The position numbers and the translations under genes are program-made. DNA of 64,000 nucleotides from Amphiscolops sp. MND2022. Lineage: Eukaryota. Below are positions 22,901-36,420 of the stretch, piece by piece. The notes below the pieces were generated by a model. It searched no databases and was not told the origin of the DNA. It worked only from the letters and a program-made list of their open reading frames with translations. Numbering within the stretch: position 1 is the stretch's first letter; the number at the start of each line of letters is the position of its first letter. The DNA is taken from positions 58,218,001-58,282,000 of the forward strand of contig OZ076411.1 of assembly GCA_964187785.1 (NCBI GenBank). Reading direction: 5' to 3'.

Positions 22901-25900
22901 AACTACACCTGCAATTGATTACAGACTGTTACACTTGAGACAAAAGATACCCACGAATTGAGATGAGAAAGACAAGGTTTACAAGTTTGGATAGCGTAAA
23001 TTGTTTCTCATCAAAACCCAAAAATTGGTGATTTCACAAGGGATATCTTTGATATATATTTTTAATTAACTGCAATACTAAACGCCTGGTTATTGAGATG
23101 AATATTACTGGTAGAGAGCCGACTGGTAAAGTTTCTCTTGATGGGCACAATAATGTCTCATTTACAGTCTAAAACGAGACAAGTTAAATGCTTGGCTTCT
23201 AAATTTCAATAACCCTTCGCTGAAAGGAGCTTCGTAGTAATATCTTACATTTTAAAGACTTTTATGATCACGATCAGAAGGTGTAAGTACGATGTTTGTC
23301 ATTACTTAGCAGATATGATGCTCAATTGGACTTGGTAAGCATGAGCCTTGCTTTTACCGGCTTTGCTGGTATATAGTCCTGTTTATCCTCGGTTACCATA
23401 AACACTGGCAGCAATGACTATAGTTATACGGATTTCTGTAAAATGAATAATTTGCTTCGTATCAAACCGCATAATGCGACCTAGAATCCATTCATAGCTG
23501 TTCAACCAGCGGAATTAAATGACTTTACAAGTCAGTCATGGGCACTCTTGAATTTGGGTTTCTCATTTCCCATGAATGACTGCCGTTGGAATGAGGTTTA
23601 CAGAAAGAACATTTCTAATAGTTTGGTTTTAGCTGTGTTCCACGGTCAAAATCTTGCTGCAAAACTCCATGTTGAAAGTTCCGTTTTCTGTTTTTGTTCG
23701 TTTTTGGGATTTTACATGTCCTGAGGAAGTATTTACTGGGACCTTTTGCCCTCATTATTGTAATTGCGACGCTTTTAACAAGATTTTTGAATGTTTCACA
23801 CCATTTCGGGTTATTTGAAAAATTTTAAATTTTTCGATTTTTTGCATGTAGATTGTGGAGCGGGGGTGGTGTTCACATTTTTGACAGTTATCGTTTTTTT
23901 TTGTTTTCTGATGTCAACGATGCGTTTTTTTTCATTTTGATTGTTCCAGATCCTTTCCCGAGTTTTTCAAAAATTTTAATTTTTTGCATGTAGAGTGTGT
24001 AAGGGAGGGGGGGGCGGTGTTACATTTTGACAGTTTTTTATCGTTTTTTGTTTTCTGATGTCAACGATGTGGTTTTTTTTATTTCTGATTCTTCCAGATA
24101 CTTTCCCGAATTTTTGTAATATTTTCAAAATTTTTCAATTTTTGCATGTAGAGTGTGGGCGGGGGGGGGGGGGTGCTCACTGGGTATTTATTGGGTTTAT
24201 ATAGAACCTGTATATACTGGTTGAGATGGTTTCGTGGCATAGTGGTTAGGTCGCTGGCCCATCATTTCAACCGGCGAAGTTCGAGTTTTCACGAACTGTT
24301 TTCAATACCCAATACTATCTCAACAACGAAAAAAAACTCGGGATGAATGAAACTAATTCGAAAACCTACGAGCTGAAAAAATGTATATATCGAATATATA
24401 TTACTTCACTGGACTTTGAGATTAAACAAAAGCATCACACCAACAAACGAAATAGTGGGGATTAGCTAAATATTGAATACTCCCTTAACGTACAGATTTG
24501 GAACAACGACAGGAGAAAATAGAACAAAGCACATTAAAAAGGTAAATCAAGTAATTAATTTAAACGTATAAGAGGTGAAAATTGCAAAAGAGCGGATACC
24601 ACAGGAAGGGAACAACAACACTTCATCGAAAGTAAACTCAAATCGATACGTTACAGTATAAGATGGGATAGAGCGTAAATGAGGAGAGGAGCGTATGCAA
24701 TGGAAACAAAAACGAAATAAATGATAAAAAACTAATGATAGAAAGGGTAGATTGAAGAAAAGACAAAATCAGGGACAAACAAAAGACAGCATTATAGCAC
24801 AGTTCAACAAAAAAACGATTGAGAACATGGGATGTACCGATGCAAGAAAAATGAAATAGATGCAAAAACATTCGAAAAACCTATTTTACTACAGTTAATC
24901 GTTATGAAAACGGATTAAAACTAGGAACATTAACAAAACTTGTATGCTGTAATTACTTTTGAAATGAGTTGTACAACTTTTCATTCCTTCTTATCAGCAG
25001 TTTTTGGCTTCTTGACGACAGCAGCCCCCGTATAGCTTTGAGCAATCCTCTTATTGATTTTCTTCTCCACTGTACTGCCGTCTGGACTGGGAGGGCCCAT
25101 GCTAATATTTTCTACATTCGCTATAATTTCCTGAAACTCCTTGACAGTGAGACCCACTCTCTGTTGCATGCGAAAGTCTTCTTGATCCTCATTTTTCTTG
25201 AACAACTTGATGTTGATGAATGTAAGACCACTGTTTTTATATGTGTTTGTGGTCACGCGGAAAAGCCATCAGATGATGCCACGTCAATATGGGCATCTCC
25301 AAACTCGAGATCTTCTGAGGATGTGTGAGAGCTGGAAGTCATGGCTGATTTTTGATACATTTTGACTGGTGATTATGCTGTGCTACCGGTGATCTCAAGA
25401 CAAACGTCTGAAAATTATTCGTCTCAAAAATTAACTGACAAAATACTGACAAACGTCTCAAAAATTAACTGACAAAATACTTGAAGTAAACTGAAGCTCA
25501 ATGACATTTGACACAACAGAGAACTTGTTGCATACAGAACAATGTTTACCAGGCACAAAACTTTAACACCACGGAAATGGCTTGCTATTCTTTTTTCATT
25601 CACTAAATTTGATGAATGTTTTGAAACAAGATACTAATGATTGAAACAGAATCGAGACCTCAAAATTCAAATCATTTCCATTCGCTAGTTCATCGTAAAC
25701 AAAATTTAGTATGGATTGTTTTTGTTTTGGCCGAGCAGACCGGATGCAAGATTGATATTGGATCAATAGATCTCTGTAGTTGCCAATTCCATATTGATTA
25801 AATAAAGCGACACGCTGTGTAAACATGAAAGCGACACCGGAACTTTGTATTTATTGATTGTTTATTACACAGTAGCTTCAATAGGCGTGTCGCGAGTGGC

Positions 25901-28900
25901 ATATAGATCTCCGTAGTTACAAATTCCAGATTGATCAAACAGAGCGACACGCTGTGTAAACATGAAAGCGACGTCGGCCCTTTGTACTTGTGATTAATCA
26001 TTAGACAGTGGCTTCAATAGCGTGTCCCGGGTGGCATTTGTTTTTAACATCAGTCAAACAATTAGAAAATAATTAAGCAAACAGACTCTGCAGAGTGCGA
26101 CGCTGGATAAGATCAAAAGCGGTACCGACACAGTATGTGTAAATGTTTTCTACAGCTGTTGAACGTGCGTCAGCTTGTTTAGTGGAGCTTTTGCGTACTC
26201 AATCTGACTCATTTTAAAGTTGCTTTTATAACTGACAAATGTTGTCAGTCTCATGTTGCTGAGATTGCATGAATTATGAAAATAGCAAAGTACAATATTC
26301 AAAACCTTCTATGTAATTCTCGGCATCAAGAAAGAGACAATTTTAGCAGAAAACGTTCACTCTGGAAAATGGGAAGTGCATGAATATGCAGCTCTAGGCA
26401 TTGTGAATTTTTCGAATATATACAGCTCTAAACATTGGGAGATACTTGACTATGTAGTAGTGAAAAGATCCAGTTGATCTACCGTCAGGCTCGGGCGGTT
26501 ATGATATGTTTGAGACGATATAGACCATACTCTTGATTGGTCACAACTTTACACTATTTAGAATCCTCATTCGTAGGTAGATGCAACCTGAAACCTTCAA
26601 TTCTTGGTCAGAGCTCCGAGTCTTTATAAAAGCTCCGTGTCTCAGTTGGAGGTATTCCAGAAGTACCATTGAAAACGAAGATGGGCGTGAGGTTTCCTTT
26701 CTGTTCAATCCAAGGCAACCTTCAAAAAACAAAGCTCACCGGCGTGCAATTCTATCAATATGTAGACTTTTCGCCAACCTTTCAAGCAGTACCTATTCTA
26801 ATTTGCAGGTAATCGAAAGGAAACCCCGGTTTGCATGACATTTTGTGGTAAAAGTTTCCGAAATGTCAATTTATTCTATTCTCTGAAAGCAGCTTGAATT
26901 ATCGGTAAGCATATAATTGGAGTGATGGAGTTATCATCTTTTTCGACCATCACAAATACTTGAACACAATGAAACCTAGTATCTATTGGTATATTGAATT
27001 TATTCTCCAGTTAGGCGGAAACATTGCGGGACTGAACAGCCCTAGATGTAGGTTTTAATTTTGGAAAAGTATCGAAAGTATCAAAGATCAGAAAACAAGT
27101 AACTTGAAGTGTCTTCGCTAGATTTACCTGAGATGACCAGGTTGTGATTTGATCGAGTGCAATTAACTATCTGTTTTACTTTTTGCTTGAAAATCCAGTA
27201 CTAAAATTGGCGCAATGGATGTAAACTACACCTGCAATTGATTACAGACTGTTACACTTGAGACAAAAGATACCCACGAATTGAGATGAGAAAGACAAGG
27301 TTTACAAGTTTGGATAGCGTAAATTGTTTCTCATCAAAACCCAAAAATTGGTGATTTCACAAGGGATATCTTTGATATATATTTTTAATTAACTGCAATA
27401 CTAAACGCCTGGTTATTGAGATGAATATTACTGGTAGAGAGCCGACTGGTAAAGTTTCTCTTGATGGGCACAATAATGTCTCATTTACAGTCTAAAACGA
27501 GACAAGTTAAATGCTTGGCTTCTAAATTTCAATAACCCTTCGCTGAAAGGAGCTTCGTAGTAATATCTTACATTTTAAAGACTTTTATGATCACGATCAG
27601 AAGGTGTAAGTACGATGTTTGTCATTACTTAGCAGATATGATGCTCAATTGGACTTGGTAAGCATGAGCCTTGCTTTTACCGGCTTTGCTGGTATATAGT
27701 CCTGTTTATCCTCGGTTACCATAAACACTGGCAGCAATGACTATAGTTATACGGATTTCTGTAAAATGAATAATTTGCTTCGTATCAAACCGCATAATGC
27801 GACCTAGAATCCATTCATAGCTGTTCAACCAGCGGAATTAAATGACTTTACAAGTCAGTCATGGGCACTCTTGAATTTGGGTTTCTCATTTCCCATGAAT
27901 GACTGCCGTTGGAATGAGGTTTACAGAAAGAACATTTCTAATAGTTTGGTTTTAGTTGTGTTCCACGGTCAAAATCTTGCTGCAAAACTCCATGTTGAAA
28001 GTTCCGTTTTCTGTTTTTGTTCGTTTTTGGGATTTTACATGTCCTGAGGAAGTATTTACTGGGACCTTTTGCCCTCATTATTGTAATTGCGACGCTTTTA
28101 ACAAGATTTTTGAATGTTTCACACCATTTCGGGTTATTTGAAAAATTTTAAATTTTTCGATTTTTTGCATGTAGATTGTGGAGCGGGGGTGGTGTTCACA
28201 TTTTTGACAGTTATCGTTTTTTTTTGTTTTCTGATGTCAACGATGCGTTTTTTTTTCATTTTGATTGTTCCAGATCCTTTCCCGAGTTTTTCAAAAATTT
28301 TAATTTTTTGCGAGTGTGTAAGGGAGGGGGGGGGCGGTGTTACATTTTGACAGTTTTTTATCGTTTTTTGTTTTCTGATGTCAACGATGTGGTTTTTTTT
28401 ATTTCTGATTCTTCCAGATACTTTCCCGAATTTTTGTAATATTTTCAAAATTTTTCAATTTTTGCATGTAGAGTGTGGACGGGGGGGGGTGCTCACTGGG
28501 TATTTATTGGGTTTATATAGAACCTGTATATACTGGTTGAGATGGTTTCGTGGCATAGTGGTTAGGTCGCTGGCCCATCATTTCAACCGGCGAAGTTCGA
28601 GTTTTCACGAACTGTTTTCAATACCCAATACTATCTCAACAACGAAAAAAAACTCGGGATGAATGAAACTAATTCGAAAACCTACGAGCTGAAAAAATGT
28701 ATATATCGAATATATATTACTTCACTGGACTTTGAGATTAAACAAAAGCATCACACCAACAAACGAAATAGTGGGGATTAGCTAAATATTGAATACTCCC
28801 TTAACGTACAGATTTGGAACAACGACAGGAGAAAATAGAACAAAGCACATTAAAAAGGTAAATCAAGTAATTAATTTAAACGTATAAGAGGTGAAAATTG

Positions 28901-31900
28901 CAAAAGAGCGGATACCACAGGAAGGGAACAACAACACTTCATCGAAAGTAAACTCAAATCGATACGTTACAGTATAAGATGGGATAGAGCGTAAATGAGG
29001 AGAGGAGCGTATGCAATGGAAACAAAAACGAAATAAATGATAAAAAACTAATGATAGAAAGGGTAGATTGAAGAAAAGACAAAATCAGGGACAAACAAAA
29101 GACAGCATTATAGCACAGTTCAACAAAAAAACGATTGAGAACATGGGATGTACCGATGCAAGAAAAATGAAATAGATGCAAAAACATTCGAAAAACCTAT
29201 TTTACTACAGTTAATCGTTATGAAAACGGATTAAAACTAGGAACATTAACAAAACTTGTATGCTGTAATTACTTTTGAAATGAGTTGTACAACTTTTCAT
29301 TCCTTCTTATCAGCAGTTTTTGGCTTCTTGACGACAGCAGCCCCCGTATAGCTTTGAGCAATCCTCTTATTGATTTTCTTCTCCACTGTACTGCCGTCTG
29401 GACTGGGAGGGCCCATGCTAATATTTTCTACATTCGCTATAATTTCCTGAAACTCCTTGACAGTGAGACCCACTCTCTGTTGCATGCGAAAGTCTTCTTG
29501 ATCCTCATTTTTCTTGAACAACTTGATGTTGATGAATGTAAGACCACTGTTTTTATATGTGTTTGTGGTCACGCGGAAAAGCCATCAGATGATGCCACGT
29601 CAATATGGGCATCTCCAAACTCGAGATCTTCTGAGGATGTGTGAGAGCTGGAAGTCATGGCTGATTTCTGATACATTTTGACTGGTGATTATGCTGTGCT
29701 ACCGGTGATCTCAAGACAAACGTCTGAAAATTATTCGTCTCAAAAATTAACTGACAAAATACTGACAAACGTCTCAAAAATTAACTGACAAAATACTTGA
29801 AGTAAACTGAAGCTCAATGACATTTGACACAACAGAGAACTTGTTGCATACAGAACAATGTTTACCAGGCACAAAACTTTAACACCACGGAAATGGCTTG
29901 CTATTCTTTTTTCATTCACTAAATTTGATGAATGTTTTGAAACAAGATACTAATGATTGAAACAGAATCGAGACCTCAAAATTCAAATCATTTCCATTCG
30001 CTAGTTCATCGTAAACAAAATTTAGTATGGATTGTTTTTGTTTTGGCCGAGCAGACCGGATGCAAGATTGATATTGGATCAATAGATCTCTGTAGTTGCC
30101 AATTCCATATTGATTAAATAAAGCGACACGCTGTGTAAACATGAAAGCGACACCGGAACTTTGTATTTATTGATTGTTTATTACACAGTAGCTTCAATAG
30201 GCGTGTCGCGAGTGGCATATAGATCTCCGTAGTTACAATTTCCAGATTGATCAAACAGAGCGACACGCTGTGTAAACATGAAAGCGACGTCGGCCCTTTG
30301 TACTTGTGATTAATCATTAGACAGTGGCTTCAATAGCGTGTCCCGGGTGGCATTTGTTTTTAACATCAGTCAAACAATTAGAAAATAATTAAGCAAACAG
30401 ACTCTGCAGAGTGCGACGCTGGATAAGATCAAAAGCGGTACCGACACAGTAGGTGTAAATGTTTTCTACAGCTGTTGAACGTGCGTCAGCTTGTTTAGTG
30501 GAGCTTTTGCGTACTCAATCTGACTCATTTTAAAGTTGCTTTTATAACTGACAAATGTTGTCAGTCTCATGTTGCTGAGATTGCATGAATTATGAAAATA
30601 GCAAAGTACAATATTCAAAACCTTCTATGTAATTCTCGGCATCAAGAAAGAGACAATTTTAGCAGAAAACGTTCACTCTGGAAAATGGGAAGTGCATGAA
30701 TATGCAGCTCTAGGCATTGTGAATTTTTCGAATATATACAGCTCTAAACATTGGGAGATACTTGACTATGTAGTAGTGAAAAGATCCAGCTGATCTACCG
30801 TCAGGCTCGGGCGGTTATGATATGTTTGAGACGATATAGACCATACTCTTGATTGGTCACAACTTTACACTATTTAGAATCCTCATTCGTAGGTAGATGC
30901 AACCTGAAACCTTCAATTCTTGGTCAGAGCTCCGAGTCTTTTTAAAAGCTCCGTGTCTCAGTTGGAGGTATTCCAGAAGTACCATTGAAAACGAAGATGG
31001 GCGTGAGGTTTCCTTTCTGTTCAATCCAAGGCAACCTTCAAAAAACAAAGCTCACCGGCGTGCAATTCTATCAATATGTAGACTTTTCGCCAACCTTTCA
31101 AGCAGTACCTATTCTAATTTGCAGGTAATCGAAAGGAAACCCCGGTTTGCATGACATTTTGTGGTAAAAGTTTCCGAAATGTCAATTTATTCTATTCTCT
31201 GAAAGCAGCTTGAATTATCGGTAAGCATATAATTGGAGTGATGGAGTTATCATCTTTTTCGACCATCACAAATACTTGAACACAATGAAACCTAGTATCT
31301 ATTGGTATATTGAATTTATTCTCCAGTTAGGCGGAAACATTGCGGGACTGAACAGCCCTAGATGTAGGTTTTAATTTTGGAAAAGTATCGAAAGTATCAA
31401 AGATCAGAAAACAAGTAACTTGAAGTGTCTTCGCTAGATTTACCTGAGATGACCAGGTTGTGATTTGATCGAGTGCAATTAACTATCTGTTTTACTTTTT
31501 GCTTGAAAATCCAGTACTAAAATTGGCGCAATGGATGTAAACTACACCTGCAATTGATTACAGACTGTTACACTTGAGACAAAAGATACCCACGAATTGA
31601 GATGAGAAAGACAAGGTTTACAAGTTTGGATAGCGTAAATTGTTTCTCATCAAAACCCAAAAATTGGTGATTTCACAAGGGATATCTTTGATATATATTT
31701 TTAATTAACTGCAATACTAAACGCCTGGTTATTGAGATGAATATTACTGGTAGAGAGCCGACTGGTAAAGTTTCTCTTGATGGGCACAATAATGTCTCAT
31801 TTACAGTCTAAAACGAGACAAGTTAAATGCTTGGCTTCTAAATTTCAATAACCCTTCGCTGAAAGGAGCTTCGTAGTAATATCTTACATTTTAAAGACTT

Positions 31901-32921
31901 TTATGATCACGATCAGAAGGTGTAAGTACGATGTTTGTCATTACTTAGCAGATATGATGCTCAATTGGACTTGGTAAGCATGAGCCTTGCTTTTACCGGC
32001 TTTGCTGGTATATAGTCCTGTTTATCCTCGGTTACCATAAACACTGGCAGCAATGACTATAGTTATACGGATTTCTGTAAAATGAATAATTTGCTTCGTA
32101 TCAAACCGCATAATGCGACCTAGAATCCATTCATAGCTGTTCAACCAGCGGAATTAAATGACTTTACAAGTCAGTCATGGGCACTCTTGAATTTGGGTTT
32201 CTCATTTCCCATGAATGACTGCCGTTGGAATGAGGTTTACAGAAAGAACATTTCTAATAGTTTGGTTTTAGTTGTGTTCCACGGTCAAAATCTTGCTGCA
32301 AAACTCCATGTTGAAAGTTCCGTTTTCTGTTTTTGTTCGTTTTTGGGATTTTACATGTCCTGAGGAAGTATTTACTGGGACCTTTTGCCCTCATTATTGT
32401 AATTGCGACGCTTTTAACAAGATTTTTGAATGTTTCACACCATTTCGGGTTATTTGAAAAATTTTAAATTTTTCGATTTTTTGCATGTAGATTGTGGAGC
32501 GGGGGTGGTGTTCACATTTTTGACAGTTATCGTTTTTTTTTGTTTTCTGATGTCAACGATGCGTTTTTTTTTCATTTTGATTGTTCCAGATCCTTTCCCG
32601 AGTTTTTCAAAAATTTTAATTTTTTTGCATGTAGAGTGTGTAAGGGAGGGGGGGGGCGGTGTTACATTTTGACAGTTTTTTATCGTTTTTTGTTTTCTGA
32701 TGTCAACGATGTGGTTTTTTTTATTTCTGATTCTTCCAGATACTTTCCCGAATTTTTGTAATATTTTCAAAATTTTTCAATTTTTGCATGTAGAGTGTGG
32801 ACGGGGGGGTGCTCACTGGGTATTTATTAGGTTTATATAGAACCTGTATATACTGGTTGAGATGGTTTCGTGGCATAGTGGTTAGGTCGCTGGCCCATCA
32901 TTTCAACCGGCGAAGTTCGAG
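19965..32921 (+). repeat. Tandem triplication of a ~4.32-kb unit (19965-24285, 24286-28601, 28602-32921)
   Basis: The same ORFs recur at offsets 4323 and 4316. Both junctions read GTTCGAG|TTTTCACGAAC. Confidence 0.95.
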
Positions 32922-33934
32922 TCCCGAGAGGGACTCATAGTCTTTGGTAGAAATTTTATTTTGCTAACTAACCCCCCCCCCCTGCGGTTTGTAATGCGTA
33001 TATAATAACCAACTACTTATAATTCACATCGAATCAAAAGTCAGATCTGTATTGAAAATTTGTTTGCAACACGTTTACATTTTTTCATTTAAAAGGATCC
33101 TATAAAGTATTTGCTATAAATTTATATCAATTATAGGAATTTATATTTCTAGTAACTTCATTACGATACATATGCCGCAACGAACTAGCAAGATCTTTCT
33201 AGTTCGATTAACAGCCAATAGAAACGCGTTCTTATTTCTGATACGCGTTACGAGTTTTGCTCGTTACACTGTGTGATTTGGCGTTACGCGTTGTGATCAA
33301 ACTACAGTAAATGACCACTTTACACTCTCTTCAATTACGTACTTTGACTGGTTTCCACTTCACACACGAAGACGGAAGTTGATTATTTTACACATATAGG
33401 CTATATAGTATTTCACATAGGATCCTATTTACTGGTCATCACTGGATAGAGGCTTGGCGTTAACATTGGCTTCTCATTTTACAGAAGCAGGTTTCGGAAA
33501 AAAACAAAACTTTGAAAAAATCTTGTTTAAAACATGTTCAATTCGTTGGCTTTCTCAATTTAGAGTCGATTTCGTGTTTGGTTGTGGACGAAGCCCAAGG
33601 TGCTATAAATTCGTTCCAAGTCTACCGAACTTGGAATAAGAACTAGAAGAGCATCGAAAATTTTTACTTGCGATTTTAGGAACTTCAAAATTTCTATAAC
33701 TGAAATTGAAACAATTGAACAAAATGCAGGTTTTTATCACGTTTGAAACTCTGCCTAGAACATGTTAAAACGCGTTTAAAACACGGCATGTTTTAAACAT
33801 GCGAACCGTCAGAAGTGTCAGAACTTTTCTTTTTCAATGGAGTAGACGTAAACATCCGGAAGTGCAATAACTGAAGTATACGGAGCAATCATTCGAGTGG
33901 AAATGTTGAATGTATGAGTGGATGTTTGTTTCAG

Positions 33935-34042
33935 TGCAACAGATTGAAGTTGGAGTTTTTGACTGCGTTCGACAAAGATACTGAGTCAGCCAAGATCAAG
34001 TGGGCAGACATTCACGACAAGATTCTTTTTCTCAGGCAACAA
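33935..34042 (+). CDS. SHPRH: SHPRH-like exon
   Basis: tttcag acceptor, caa|gtatgt donor, phase 0/0. CNRLKLEFLTAFDKDTESAKIKWADIHDKILFLRQQ fits the helical segment between the neighbouring SHPRH exons. Confidence 0.7.
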
Positions 34043-35674
34043 GTATGTATCTTCATTTTTAGGAGTCGGAAAAAATTTTCGACTACTTATGCAATCGTGC
34101 TGTTTTTTTTCTCCCGACCTTTTCATGAAAATTTCAAATTTCTCAAAAACTGTCCATAAGATTTTCACGAAAATTTGCACAGTCATTCTACACCCAAAGG
34201 GGCCCCTGTGTGTGCAAAGGCATCAAAATCGTATGGCTGGGTGAGTGGGGGAATCCCCAAAAATTGTTCTGAGGGATGGTTAGGGCCCCTATCCCGAGAT
34301 CGAGGGCGGAGCTAAATAACAACCATATCCAAAATGTAAACTTTTGAGTACGATCTCGAAAACTGTCCGTAGGATTGGGCTGAAACTTTGCACTCATGCA
34401 CAACTCGATATTCTAAGCACTTTTTTGTCTGATGTTTTGCCGAAAAGATCTTTGGTCATGCCGAAAAACCCTATTTTTTCAAGAAAAAACGACTTTTTTC
34501 AGTTTTCAGTTTTTCTCAATCATGACCTCATAACTTCTCTCAGAGTTCTCGGCGCGATTCGGACGTGGACCACAGCATTGCCGGTGAAAAATTATGTGAC
34601 TTCGAACATTCAAAATAGTTTTTTTTTCGACTTGACTTTTTTGTTCAACTTCAGGCCGCCCAAATGTAAGAAACTTCCACACATTTTAGATTGCAGGTGG
34701 ATGCATGTGGAAAGTACTCTGATAGACGAGAAAAATGGGCTATAGAACAACTCTATCTTAACTTGACGTTGACTTATGATGTTTTGGATGTGCGATTGAG
34801 AAGTGTTAAAATTGTCAAAAAATGAAAAGGGTCCCCTTGAAAACTTATCGATAGACGTTCAAGAAACTGCAGAGCTGTTCAATTGACGTAATTTAGTGTA
34901 CCAACACTCATCAATTTTTTTGACCTATTTTAAAAAGTGTTGAAATCTGCTTTATGTATCAGTTAACAAGACATACCCAAGTACATTCTCATCTCTCCCC
35001 ACTGTCGGGGGAGATGAGAATGTATACTTCGAAAGCCAAAATATGCTACCTTCTCAACTTCTTCAACCTCGTCAACCGACACGCAGAAGACACAAAACTG
35101 TTTCCAGTAACTCCATGACAGTAGCTTTAGGTTCTGTAAAAAAATCGCAGTTGTGATACAAAGTGATCCAAAATTGAATACATATAGTAAACCATGGAAA
35201 TACTTTGAGAACATCTGTCATCGTGATCAACTTTTCGCACCCATCCACTGGCCTATCTTGTGAGGACGTGCATCCGTCTTGGATGTGAGAAACATAGCCA
35301 AAATTAGCCCAAAAATGGCCAAAAAACAGCGATTTTTCGACTTTTTTCGATTTTCTCAAAAACTGTCCATACGATTCGAACGAAATTTTCAAATCCAAAC
35401 GTTGAGGGGACAATCATGTAAGTGATTGTTAATTGTTGTTAAATGGGTGATAAAAATGTGTCGATTAATAATTTGAAAGGTTCTTGTTTAAAAGCTTGCT
35501 GGCCCCTTCTTCGCGTTCACCACCAGCAGCTGTTGTAGGGGATGATTACAATTACGATTTTCTTCCATCGTTTCTAAGTAGACCAAATATGCCAACCAAG
35601 TATAAAATTGTTTAACCGCTCTATTGTTTTGTACTAATTTAAGCCACTCGCTGGAATGTTTTTTTCTGTTTCAG

Positions 35675-35796
35675 TTCGATTCCAATTCTTGGTTGGCCGA
35701 TTTATGTGAGAATGTTTTAGAAGGCAATCTAGAAACGCCATTACTGGAAAAGGTGTACTCGGATCTGCAGAAAAATGAATATTGCTTTGATGGAGG
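35675..35796 (+). CDS. SHPRH: SHPRH-like exon
   Basis: tttcag acceptor, gg|gttaat donor (phase 0/2). FDSNSWLADLCENVLEGNLETPLLEKVYSDL resembles SHPRH SPWWL...ELVQRV. Its phase-2 end joins the 49126 exon in frame. Confidence 0.7.
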
Positions 35797-35997
35797 GTTA
35801 ATATTTGTTTTTGATCCTATTTCTTGATTTGCTGATAATTTCCATCAAAACTGGAACACAAAATGGTATTTGTTGATAGCTATCGTTAGGTCAAACACAA
35901 TTTTGCAGTTCGTGTTTGATGCATCCAGTAATATTATAGATCCAAATTCATCTGCCAAAATTCCAAAAACGTCAATTCGCACAGTCCTCATGCAATT

Positions 35998-36420
35998 TAT
36001 TAGTCGGCGCTTCATGAAGTGAAACGCGACTATTATAGTGACTTTTTTCAATCCACACGAACTGGCCAGAATAGTTCTACAAAAGTTCTACGAAATATTA
36101 TGTGTCAAATTGAACCATTTGGCCTAGCGAACTGAACCAAAAATGTTTTTCCGCGTAACAATGTACCGGGGGAGACTAAAGGGTCCCCCCTTTCAGTTTT
36201 TTTGGCATTGTGAGACTTTTTCGAAAAGAAATTCCCCAAAGGGTCCCCCTTCAATTTTTTGATCTTTTGCATCAATGGATGGTAAAAAATCCGAAATGGT
36301 CCCCACTTTTAGCGCACCAATTCGGTTCAACTTTTGGGTTTTTTGGTACTGTTAAAGAATACTTGACACTCTTTTTGAGCCTTAGATATGGCGCCGACGT
36401 ATGCCGTTCCTGGCTTGTTT
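35998..36420 (+). mobile_element. HINE-like family 1 copy
   Basis: AGTCGGCGC start; GCGCCGACGTATGCCGTTCCTGGCTTGTT end. Confidence 0.7.

Larger units (their letters stand above)
7333..33017. mobile_element. Non-autonomous Polinton/Maverick-like element, 25.7 kb, near-complete palindrome
   Basis: Starts AGTAGTTGG (7333) and ends CCAACTACT (33017). Direct 6-bp repeat TATAAT at 7327-7332 and 33018-33023. AG...CT termini, (AGT)n ends and 6-bp TSDs are established Polinton hallmarks. No core Polinton ORF is recognisable. Confidence 0.85.
16567..33017 (-). repeat. Right inverted arm, including two extra tandem copies of its distal 4.32 kb
   Basis: Homology to the left arm begins at TCACCTCG (16567) and runs to the terminus, interrupted by tandem re-starts at 24286 and 28602. 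Confidence 0.95.

Noticed and set aside
19965-32921. Triplication as a pure assembly artefact
   Set aside because: Units carry distinct non-homopolymer substitutions. It is not fully excluded without read data, but it is not the preferred reading.
7333-33017. Autonomous Polinton/Maverick
   Set aside because: No ORF in the element exceeds ~200 aa and no pPolB, integrase, packaging ATPase, protease or major capsid motifs are visible.
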